Positions 33,831-41,111 of a DNA stretch of 45,809 nucleotides are shown here, in pieces. Positions within the stretch are counted from its first letter, which is position 1. Each line of letters opens with the position of its first letter. The notes below the pieces were generated by a model. It was not told the DNA's origin. It did not search any database and saw only the letters and a program-made list of their open reading frames with translations. This DNA is from Candidatus Woesearchaeota archaeon. GTDB taxonomy: Archaea; Nanobdellota; Nanobdellia; Woesearchaeales; SKGA01. The position numbers and the translations under genes were made by a program. Location: contig JBFXLI010000007.1 of NCBI GenBank assembly GCA_050187915.1, forward strand, positions 1 through 45,809, given 5' to 3'.

Positions 33831-34413
33831 TTTTAAACCTCTTCATATATTAAATCCATAATAATTCACATAGAACCATGTTTATGAATATAAATTTAAG
33901 AATAATTAATCATTTAAATAGTTAATGAAGTTGATTAAATTCAAGAATGGAAAATGTTTATTCATTTCCATTTGATTCTTGAAAAAAATCTGTTAAACTT
34001 CTGTTTTTGCTTTTTGCTTCGTAACTTATAACACTCACACACAACACCTTTTTTCAATGGGCTTAAGCCCTATAATTGAATTAGTTATTTTTTATGAAGC
34101 TCAATATATAAAGACTATTAATGTTAGATATAAATTTTTAAAAACATATTCTAGACAAGATAAATGAAAGTAAAAAATTGATTAATATGATGAAGAATTT
34201 TCAGTATGATGTAAATTATTTAAGCAAAATAAAAGACATTTAAGAGTGGTACTGGTTAATTTTAGAAACTACTTTTTGGTGAAATTTATTTCATTAATTT
34301 AAAAAAATATTATGTCTATAAATGTAAATATAAATTAAAATTTTAGAAAGTGTAAAATTAATTAAACAAATGTAAAGTAAATAAATATAAAAATAAATAA
34401 AAAAATAAAAACC

Positions 34414-34584
34414 TTAAAGGTCTTTAGCCATTACTGTTCTTCTTCCATTAGCTTCTGCTCTTGCTGCTGCTTTTTTTAGTAAATCTCTTACAATTTTATC
34501 TAATTCTTCAGCAAGGTCTCCTGCTACATTGAAGTCTCCAATAACATCTTTTAATTTTGCTTTTACTACTACTAAATCTGCCAT
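34414..34584 (-). CDS. Small histone-fold-like protein (DUF1931 family candidate, 56 aa)
   Basis: It is below the track cutoff. The sequence is MADLVVVKAKLKDVIGDFNVAGDLAEELDKIVRDLLKKAAARAEANGRRTVMAKDL, with GAGGTG 7 nt upstream of the ATG. Confidence 0.65.
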   Translation of the reverse strand: MADLVVVKAKLKDVIGDFNVAGDLAEELDKIVRDLLKKAAARAEANGRRTVMAKDL

Positions 34585-34703
34585 AATAAGCACCTCATTT
34601 TAGGGTTTTAGCCCTTATAATCATATTTTTTGAGGTTTTAGTATTTAAGTGTTTCGTTAATTTGTCCAGTGCATTTATAAATAAAATATATTTTTCTTTT
34701 TTT

Positions 34704-35387
34704 ATGAAATTTGGATTATTGCTTAGTGGTGGTAAGGATTCGCTTTATTCAGCTTATTTAGCTTCTAAAGAACATAAATTAGTTTGTGCTATAACTATTT
34801 ATTCTGAAAACAAAGATAGTTATATGTTTCATACTCCTAATATTAAATGGGTTGGTTTGCAAACAGAGAGTATGGGAATTCCTTTGATGATTGCAAAAAC
34901 TAAAGGTGTAAAGGAAGAAGAATTAGTTGATTTGAAAAAAGCTATTTCTGATGCTGTTGAACAGTTTGGAATTGAGTGTATTGTTACTGGAGCTATTGGT
35001 TCTGTTTATCAAGCTGAAAGAATTCAAAAAATTTGTGATGAACTTGGTTTGGTTTGTTTGAATCCTATTTGGCAAAAAAATCAAGTTGAATTATTGCATG
35101 AGTTGGTTTCAAATAAATTTCATGTTATTGTTGGTGCAATTGCGGCTTATGGACTTGATAAGAATTGGATTGGAAAAGAACTGGATTCTAAGATGATTTT
35201 AAAATTATCTGAGTTGCAAAAAAAATTTGGTTTGAATCCTGCTTTTGAAGGTGGAGAAGTTGAAAGTTTTGTAATTGATTGTCCTTTGTTTTCTAAGAAA
35301 ATTGAAATTGTTAATTCTTTTGTTGAAATGGAAAATGAGATTACAGGTAGATTAATTATTGAAGATGCTAAGTTAGTTGAAAAATAA
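34704..35387 (+). CDS. PP-loop ATP pyrophosphatase, MJ0570 / diphthine-ammonia ligase (Dph6)-like
   Basis: It begins MKFGLLLSGGKDSLYSAYLA, which includes the SGGKDS PP-loop. The start was set at the internal ATG at 34704. Confidence 0.75.
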   Translation: MKFGLLLSGGKDSLYSAYLASKEHKLVCAITIYSENKDSYMFHTPNIKWVGLQTESMGIPLMIAKTKGVKEEELVDLKKAISDAVEQFGIECIVTGAIGSVYQAERIQKICDELGLVCLNPIWQKNQVELLHELVSNKFHVIVGAIAAYGLDKNWIGKELDSKMILKLSELQKKFGLNPAFEGGEVESFVIDCPLFSKKIEIVNSFVEMENEITGRLIIEDAKLVEK

Positions 35388-35426
35388 ACAATATATTTAT
35401 ATAAAATAATAAAATATTTTTTGATA

Positions 35427-35768
35427 ATGAATCTACATGAAATATTGTCTCAATTTTATCAATGGTATAATTATAAACCAAATTGGTTAAAAGGAGGACT
35501 TATCGGCATTTTAATATCTTTAATAATTTCATTTATAGGTATAATAAATCAATCATTTTTAGCAACAAATATTTCTGACATACTTTCACTACCCTTTTCT
35601 ATATTTGCTTTCTTGTTGGATGTAGCTTTTTGTGGAGGGTGGAATGAGTGTCCAGAAAATAATTATTTAGTTATATTTATTCTAGCCACAATAGGATTAA
35701 TAATTTCTTTCTTCATAATAGGTTCAATAATAGGATATATATTCCAAATAATTAAAAAATATAAATAA
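35427..35768 (+). CDS. Small membrane protein
   Basis: It has three hydrophobic segments and no recognisable motif. Confidence 0.45.
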   Translation: MNLHEILSQFYQWYNYKPNWLKGGLIGILISLIISFIGIINQSFLATNISDILSLPFSIFAFLLDVAFCGGWNECPENNYLVIFILATIGLIISFFIIGSIIGYIFQIIKKYK

Positions 35769-35775
35769 AATAATT

Positions 35776-35814
35776 ATTATTTATGTGTGAACCAGAAAAC
35801 TCTTGTTCCATCTT
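35776..35814. repeat. Displaced copy of the gltX 3' end (39 nt, 1 mismatch against 37374-37412)
   Basis: The sequence attatttatgtgtgaaccagaaaactcttgttcc(a/g)tctt occurs at both positions. On the reverse strand this copy still reads ...RPEDGTRVFWFTHK*, against the genuine GluRS end ...KKDGTRVFWFTHK*. Confidence 0.9.
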
Positions 35815-36021
35815 CTGGTCGAAAATGTTTTGTTACAAGAACACTTAAGTGAATTTGATTATTATTTCAAAACAGTTCTCAAAATGTTGTCTAATTACGA
35901 TGATTTAAATGAGAATGATTTAGATTTTTTAATGGCTAGTACTCCTGAACAAGGTATTGAGCATTTTACTAATAAAGTTATTCCTGCTGTCGAAAAATAT
36001 GCTTTTTCAATTTCAAATTAA
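35803..36021 (+). CDS. Doubtful 72-aa ORF (TTG start) overlapping the gltX-end remnant
   Basis: It is supported only as an ORF, has a non-ATG start, and has no recognisable motif. Confidence 0.25.
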   Translation: MFHLLVENVLLQEHLSEFDYYFKTVLKMLSNYDDLNENDLDFLMASTPEQGIEHFTNKVIPAVEKYAFSISN

Positions 36022-36149
36022 ATAATTTCGAAATATTTTCGGTTTCTTTGTGAGTGGTTATATTAGTTAGTTAATTTAAAATATATTAATACTGCCATAT
36101 ATGAAAAATAATTAGATAATTATATAAATTATAATTTTAAAATAAACAT

Positions 36150-37373
36150 ATGTTAAGATTCATTAGATTTTTAAAAAAATATGATGTTAATAGACATAAT
36201 AGAGTTATGCAGTTTTCAATTTATTTTTTTCTTTGGGCTATTGCATTTTCTTTATTTGATTATTTTGCTCCATTGTATCTTGAAAATCTGGGATTAAGTT
36301 ATTTTAAAATTGGAATTATTTTATCAGGAAGTTCTTTTATTTCATTTTTTATTGATCCTTTTTTAGGACAATTGCAAAAAAAATTTCCTGCTAAAACTTT
36401 GCTTTTAAGTTCAATTTTTTTATTTGTATTAAATATTATTTTATTTATTAAATCTGGAAATTTATTTTTCATACTTTTTTTAGCCACAAATATTTATGGA
36501 GTTGCATTTGATTTATTTAGCATTACTTCTTACACTAAAGTATTTGAAAATTCTATTGAAAAAGATAGATCTACGAATATTTCATTTTTTGAATCTTTTT
36601 ATTCTTTAGGTTTATTAATAGGTGCTTTAATTGTTGGATTTGTTGCTAGCTCAAATCTTAATAATATTCCTTATCTTTGTTTTCTTGTTTTAATATTTTT
36701 ATTTTTTGTAATTCTTTTTGCTAAAAAAGAAAAAATGGATGTTACTGATAATTTTTCAATTATTGAAAGTTACAAAAAAACTTTAAATCAATTTAAATTT
36801 ATGGGGAGAGGTGGTTTGATTTTAGTTTTTGCTTTAATTTTCATACATTTATTTGATGGTTTCTTTTTTATTTTTGAACCTATCTTTGCTCAAAAATTTC
36901 AAGGATATTTTTTAGATGAATTTATAATTGGCGGAATTTTACTTGCAGTTTATACTTTACCTATAATACTTTTTGAACCTAAATTTGGAAAATTAGAAGA
37001 TAAATATGGAAGGAAGAAATTTTTATTTTTGGGATTTTCATTAGGTGCTGTTTCTTTGTTTCTTTTAAGATTTTTTGATGGAGTTTTTATGTCTGGACTA
37101 TTTATATTTTTATCGAGTCTTGGTTTTTTCGCTATGGCTTTGCCTGCTGTTGAAGGAATGTATGAAAGTATTACTGAAAAAAAATTTGGAAAAAATTATA
37201 GAGGTTATTCGGTTAGTATTATGGAGTTAACTTTAAGTGTTGGTTTTTTGTTAGGGCCATTTTTGGGTGGAATAATGCTTAGTATGCCTGATGGTTTTAA
37301 TTTTGCTTTTAAAATTTTTTCATATGTTACTTTAGGAATTATGCTTTTAATTTCATTTTTTGTTGATGTTTAA
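36150..37373 (+). CDS. Major facilitator superfamily transporter
   Basis: It has about 12 hydrophobic segments and an MFS loop-like motif FGKLEDKYGRKKF between TM8 and TM9. Confidence 0.75.
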   Translation: MLRFIRFLKKYDVNRHNRVMQFSIYFFLWAIAFSLFDYFAPLYLENLGLSYFKIGIILSGSSFISFFIDPFLGQLQKKFPAKTLLLSSIFLFVLNIILFIKSGNLFFILFLATNIYGVAFDLFSITSYTKVFENSIEKDRSTNISFFESFYSLGLLIGALIVGFVASSNLNNIPYLCFLVLIFLFFVILFAKKEKMDVTDNFSIIESYKKTLNQFKFMGRGGLILVFALIFIHLFDGFFFIFEPIFAQKFQGYFLDEFIIGGILLAVYTLPIILFEPKFGKLEDKYGRKKFLFLGFSLGAVSLFLLRFFDGVFMSGLFIFLSSLGFFAMALPAVEGMYESITEKKFGKNYRGYSVSIMELTLSVGFLLGPFLGGIMLSMPDGFNFAFKIFSYVTLGIMLLISFFVDV

Positions 37374-37412
37374 ATTATTTATGTGTGAACCAGAAAACTC
37401 TTGTTCCGTCTT
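37374..37412. repeat. Genuine gltX 3' end, the repeat partner of 35776-35814
   Basis: See the feature at 35776-35814. Confidence 0.9.
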
Positions 37413-39102
37413 TTTTGATTTCATCTAATCTACAAAAACCAAACCTTTCAAATTGAATTATTTCTCCAACTTTTAATGTAGTTATTGATTTTTCTGCAAT
37501 TCCTTTTAGGGTTGTTGCATCATTCATTAGAATTTCTATGTTAATATTGTTTTGTGTTGGTAAGAAGTGTATTATTTTTTTACCTTTTTCTTTGAATGTT
37601 TCATAATCTAAACTATCAAAAGAATATTCGTTAAATGATTTTTTGAAATTTAAGCAATCCATTAATCTGTAAACTTCTCCATTTTGGAAATCTTTGCAAT
37701 CGTTGTTTGAAATTAAGAATTCATCTGTTAAATCTAATTCTCTTAATCCTAAACTATTTTCTGGATGCATTTGTAATTTTAATTTTTGAGGTTTTGCATT
37801 TATTATTTTTATTTTTACTGCATCTGTTAGCATAAAAAATCTTTTTGCTTTTGGATCAATTAATTCTTTGTTAAATGAATTTATTATTTTAAAGAATTCT
37901 TCACCAGGAATTGTTTTATCTACTTGGGATAATCCTGTTAATTTAGTATATTTTAATAATGCTTCTGGTTGATATCCTTTTCTTCTGAGTGCTTGCAAAA
38001 ATGGTACTCTTATATCATCCCATCCTGAAAAATCTCCTTTTTTAATTCTTGCTTTGGTTTTAGTACAAGATATTTCTAGTCCTTCAAAATTGTATCTTCC
38101 TAAAAAGTATGTTTGTGGAAATTTATCTGCAATTCCTAATGCTTGATATATTTTTTCTTGTCTTTTTGCATTGTCTGCATGTTCTTTTGCTCTTATAATG
38201 TGTGTCATTCCTGCTTCTATGTCATCAACCGTTACACATAAATTCATTAATGGCCAAACTCTATATTTCAATCCTTGTCTTGGATGATTTGAATCATTTA
38301 TTCTTGCTAAGGGGAAATCTCTCATTGCGGGATTTTTATCTTGCATTCCTGATTTGAATCTTATTACTGCTTCTCCTTCTTTGAATCCATTTTTTTTGTC
38401 AAACATTTTTTCCCATCTTGCTTGATTTTCTTCTATTAAATTATTTCTACATGGACAATTTTTTGATGTATCTGCAAATGATTTAAATTGTTCTTGAGAA
38501 CAAGTACAAATATATATTGCATTTAATTTTAATAATTTTTCAAGGTAATCATAATATATTTGCATTCTGTCTGATTGTATCCATACTTCAGATACATTTC
38601 CAAAAATCCAATTTGCATCTTCAGGTAATAATTTGTATGCGTCTAAATATATATTGTCGCTGTTTGTATCTTCTATTCTTAGAATAAATTTTCCACCATA
38701 TTTTTTTACATATAATGAAGTAAGTCCACCTGTTATTGCATGTCCTATGTGCATTGGACCTGATGGTGAAGGAGCAAATCTCATTATTACTCCTTTTTTT
38801 GTATTGACTTTATCTAATTCTTTTAATTCATCTTTGATGTGTTTATTTTGTTCTTGTTTTTTTTCTTGTTCTTGAAAATAATTTGGATTTAGTTTTAATA
38901 ATTCTTTTTCTTGTTTGTCTATTGATAATTTGTTTATTTCTTCAACTATTTCTTTTATTTGTGATTGTAATTGTGACATATTGTCTTTTGCTTCTGGATG
39001 AATTTTTATTATTGAACCTACTAAGGCTGATGGATTTGCTTTTCCTTTGAATTTTAATGCATTTTCTAATGCTAATTGGGTAATTGTATTTTTGTAATCC
39101 AT
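37375..39102 (-). CDS. gltX: Glutamyl-tRNA synthetase, archaeal/eukaryotic type
   Basis: It contains RFAPSPSGPMHIGHA (HIGH motif), RIEDTN and the archaeal-type C-terminal anticodon-binding region. Confidence 0.9.
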   Translation of the reverse strand: MDYKNTITQLALENALKFKGKANPSALVGSIIKIHPEAKDNMSQLQSQIKEIVEEINKLSIDKQEKELLKLNPNYFQEQEKKQEQNKHIKDELKELDKVNTKKGVIMRFAPSPSGPMHIGHAITGGLTSLYVKKYGGKFILRIEDTNSDNIYLDAYKLLPEDANWIFGNVSEVWIQSDRMQIYYDYLEKLLKLNAIYICTCSQEQFKSFADTSKNCPCRNNLIEENQARWEKMFDKKNGFKEGEAVIRFKSGMQDKNPAMRDFPLARINDSNHPRQGLKYRVWPLMNLCVTVDDIEAGMTHIIRAKEHADNAKRQEKIYQALGIADKFPQTYFLGRYNFEGLEISCTKTKARIKKGDFSGWDDIRVPFLQALRRKGYQPEALLKYTKLTGLSQVDKTIPGEEFFKIINSFNKELIDPKAKRFFMLTDAVKIKIINAKPQKLKLQMHPENSLGLRELDLTDEFLISNNDCKDFQNGEVYRLMDCLNFKKSFNEYSFDSLDYETFKEKGKKIIHFLPTQNNINIEILMNDATTLKGIAEKSITTLKVGEIIQFERFGFCRLDEIKKDGTRVFWFTHK

Positions 39103-39186
39103 AACAAAGAATAATTGTATTTTATTTATAAAGTTTAGTTATAAATAAAAGATAATTTTAAATATATGTTGCTGGAAACATGATTT

Positions 39187-39594
39187 ATGGAAAATTGTGT
39201 ATATTGTAAAATTATTGAAGGGAAACTTCCTACTGTGAAGATTTATGAAGATGAAGATTTTTTAGTTATTCAAAGTTTGGGACAAAATTCTAAAGGACAT
39301 TCTTTAATTATTCCTAAAAAACATTCTGAAGATATTTTAGAAATGAATAATAATTTGGGATGTAAATTTTTTGAAATTGTTAAAAAAGTGGGAAATGCAA
39401 TGATAAAAGGACTTGAAGCTGAAGGTTTTAATTTAATTTTTAATACTAAATCTGCTGCTGGACAAGTTATTATGCACACCCATTGTCACATTATTCCCAG
39501 GTATAAAAATGATGGTTTAAAGTGTTGGCATGAACATCAAGTTTCTGAAGAAGATAGACTTTTATTTGCTGAAAAGATTATAAAAGAACTATGA
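39187..39594 (+). CDS. HIT family (histidine triad) nucleotide hydrolase
   Basis: It contains CVYCKII and HTHCHIIPR, the HxHxHxx motif. Confidence 0.88.
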   Translation: MENCVYCKIIEGKLPTVKIYEDEDFLVIQSLGQNSKGHSLIIPKKHSEDILEMNNNLGCKFFEIVKKVGNAMIKGLEAEGFNLIFNTKSAAGQVIMHTHCHIIPRYKNDGLKCWHEHQVSEEDRLLFAEKIIKEL

Positions 39595-39664
39595 TTTTTT
39601 GTCAATTTATATATTGTAAACAGAAGTATTTATAAATTAAAAATTAATTCTTTGATTTGTAAAT

Positions 39665-39791
39665 GCGGGAGTAGTTCAGCCTGGTTAGATCGCCACGCTC
39701 ATAAATGGAACTTGAGCGATGAGAAGAAATTCGATGATTATCAAGTTGCGGTGTACCGTGGAAGTCCGGAGTTCAAATCTCCGCTCCCGCA
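39665..39791 (+). tRNA. tRNA with a CAU anticodon (elongator Met or Ile2) and a 52-nt intron at or next to position 37/38
   Basis: The fold has acceptor GCGGGAG/CTCCCGC, anticodon stem CCACG/CGTGG and loop CTCATAA. The anticodon is at 39700-39702 and the intron spans about 39705-39756. The T arm is CGGAG-TTCAAAT-CTCCG and the discriminator is A. The G1:C72 pair and the absence of a GGG/CCC stem argue against an initiator tRNA. Confidence 0.85.
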
Positions 39792-39865
39792 CCTTACTTT
39801 TCTATTAGCTATGATTTGAACATGCTCAAACTTTTCAAGTTTGGCACCCTTCACTTTGTTCATGG

Positions 39866-39881
39866 AATCTCCGCTCCCGCA
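39866..39881 (+). repeat. Displaced copy of the tRNA(CAU) 3' end (AATCTCCGCTCCCGCA), 90 nt downstream of the genuine one at 39776-39791
   Basis: The 16-nt identity is exact. With the preceding GTTCA and a 3-nt insertion (GTTCAtggAATC...) the copy reaches back into the T-loop. The intervening 74 nt contains GATTTGAAC, the reverse complement of the T-loop GTTCAAATC, and a 7-bp hairpin CAAACTTttcAAGTTTG. Confidence 0.85.
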
Positions 39882-39926
39882 ACTTCTTTGAAAAGATTTA
39901 AAAAGAAATGTGATTTTTTGTCTTAA

Positions 39927-40202
39927 ATGATTAATGATATTGTAGATGAATTGTTGATTGAAAATAAAAAAGTAACTCAAGCGCATGTTAGAAGAAAATA
40001 TTTTTCTAGAATTATTCATATTGGTATTTATGGAGATGAACTTTGTCCTAATTGTATCTCTGATAAGGAAAAAATTAATGAATTTATGAAAAAATATGGT
40101 GAAAAAAACACATATTATGCTTTAATTGACAATGAAAATTCTGGTTTTATTCTTGTAAATTTAAATGGAGAAGAACCAATTTCTGAAGCATACAAATTCT
40201 AA
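39927..40202 (+). CDS. Hypothetical protein (91 aa)
   Basis: It is supported only as an ORF with an ATG start and has no recognisable motif. Confidence 0.4.
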   Translation: MINDIVDELLIENKKVTQAHVRRKYFSRIIHIGIYGDELCPNCISDKEKINEFMKKYGEKNTYYALIDNENSGFILVNLNGEEPISEAYKF

Positions 40203-40205
40203 ATG

Positions 40206-40305
40206 GCGCCACGACCCAGATTGTTAATCATTTATGATTAACCAACGAACGAAGCAAAGCGTAGTGACTATGTGAACTGGAAGTTCAAATCTGTTAACAA
40301 CTAAA
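40206..40305 (-). repeat. 100-nt repeat carrying a tRNA-Ser 3' end, copy 1
   Basis: It matches 40821-40920 at 98/100 positions. Read on the minus strand it contains these parts in order:
- CAGATTTGAACT, an inverted T-arm copy.
- TCCAGTTCA.
- A 50-nt insert with the 9-bp hairpin GTTAATCAT/ATGATTAAC.
- AATCTGGGTCGTGGCG, followed by CCA in this copy. Confidence 0.85.
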
Positions 40306-40329
40306 GAAGTTCAATTTGAGAAGAAAGAG

Positions 40330-40410
40330 CGCCACGACTCAGATTTGAACTGAGAATCCGTAAGGACCGGTTTTCGAGACCGGCGCAATACCGAGTTATG
40401 CGATCGTGGC
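40330..40410 (-). tRNA. tRNA-Ser(CGA), class II, no intron
   Basis: The hand fold is GCCACGA TC GCA TAACTCGGTAT TGC G CCGGT CTCGAAA ACCGG TCCTTACGGATT CTCAG TTCAAAT CTGAG TCGTGGC G. The anticodon is at 40374-40376. It has a long variable arm and a G discriminator. Confidence 0.85.
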
Positions 40411-40459
40411 ATGAATTTACTAATGATACGACTCGCGACTGAAGCGTTTATGCTTCACG

Positions 40460-40479
40460 TATGCGATCGTGGCATGAAT
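40460..40479 (-). repeat. Displaced copy of the tRNA-Ser(CGA) 5' end plus 6 upstream nt (ATTCAT GCCACGATCGCATA), 63 nt upstream of the genuine one
   Basis: The 20-nt sequence is identical to 40397-40416. The 43-nt spacer between them is GC-rich and contains the hairpin TGAAGC/GCTTCA. Confidence 0.85.
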
Positions 40480-40483
40480 GTAA

Positions 40484-40774
40484 TTATTTTATTTCTTTTT
40501 TCATTTCTTCAACAGTTTTTTTGAAAGCAGAAATTTGTTTTTCAGATATTGTTCCATATTTAATATAATTTATTTTTATGTTTCTTAGAAATGCATTTTG
40601 TTTATAATATTCTTCAGGAATATCTAATATTTTTTTTACAAATGGATCTGTTATTTCTTTGTTTAATTCTTCTTTTTGACATTCGTAACATATTACATAT
40701 GGTTGTTTTTTTGTAGTCATAACATAATTTATTTTGCATTTGTTGCATTTTTGTTTGAATTGAATTTTAACCAT
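40484..40774 (-). CDS. Hypothetical zinc-ribbon protein (96 aa) between the two tRNA-Ser modules
   Basis: It has the Cys pairs CNKC...CYEC at the N-terminus and no other motif. Confidence 0.45.
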   Translation of the reverse strand: MVKIQFKQKCNKCKINYVMTTKKQPYVICYECQKEELNKEITDPFVKKILDIPEEYYKQNAFLRNIKINYIKYGTISEKQISAFKKTVEEMKKEIK

Positions 40775-40820
40775 ATTTTTAGTAAAAATAAGTTATTTAT
40801 AAAATTGTTGAGAATAAAGA

Positions 40821-40920
40821 GCGCCACGACCCAGATTGTTAATCATTTATGATTAACCAACGAACGAAGCGAAGCGTAGTGACTATGTGAACTGGAAGTT
40901 CAAATCTATTAACAACTAAA
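40821..40920 (-). repeat. 100-nt repeat carrying a tRNA-Ser 3' end, copy 2
   Basis: See the feature at 40206-40305. The two differences are g/a at 'gcaaagc' vs 'gcgaagc' and g/a at 'ctgtta' vs 'ctatta'. This copy is followed by CTC rather than CCA. Confidence 0.85.
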
Positions 40921-40941
40921 TATTTAAAGATAGAATGAAAA

Positions 40942-41062
40942 TGGCGCCACGACCCAGATTTGAACTGGGAATTCCTAACGGAACAAGCTTTCCAGGCCTA
41001 CGCTCAGATAAGCAACCTCTCACTTATATGATTTGCGCAATACCGGGTTATGCGATCGTGGC
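40942..41062 (-). tRNA. tRNA-Ser(GGA), class II, with an encoded CCA and a ~35-nt non-canonical intron at about position 27/28 (41000-41034)
   Basis: The hand fold is GCCACGA TC GCA TAACCCGGTAT TGC G C[35 nt]AGGC CTGGAAA GCTTG TTCCGTTAGGAATT CCCAG TTCAAAT CTGGG TCGTGGC G CCA. The anticodon is at 40991-40993. The exact intron borders are ambiguous by 1-2 nt. Confidence 0.75.
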
Positions 41063-41111
41063 ATGAATGTAATGAATGACATGACTCGCGATGGGAACGA
41101 TTAGGTGACCA

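Noticed and set aside
34085-34413. Replication origin in the long AT-rich non-coding stretch
   Set aside because: There are only three short (A/G)TGTAAA motifs, no clear ORB-type inverted repeats and no adjacent cdc6/orc1 gene. In DNA this AT-rich such motifs are expected by chance.
39705-39756. C/D box guide RNA inside the tRNA(CAU) intron, as in the tRNA-Trp introns of some archaea
   Set aside because: The intron has a 7-bp terminal stem (AACTTGA / TCAAGTT) and two GATGA strings. It has no CUGA D box next to the stem, and neither GATGA matches the full RUGAUGA consensus.
39741-40019. 92-aa minus-strand ORF
   Set aside because: It overlaps the 3' half of tRNA(CAU), its displaced 3'-end copy and the start of the plus-strand ORF at 39927. 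It has no ribosome-binding motif.
40206-40479. An outer tRNA formed from the displaced 5' fragment and the 3'-end repeat, with tRNA-Ser(CGA) nested in a giant intron
   Set aside because: The acceptor strands (GCCACGA / TCGTGGC) and a T arm can be paired. However, I could not find sequences for the rest of the D arm, an anticodon arm or a variable arm outside the inner tRNA. It is kept only as an untested alternative within the main finding.
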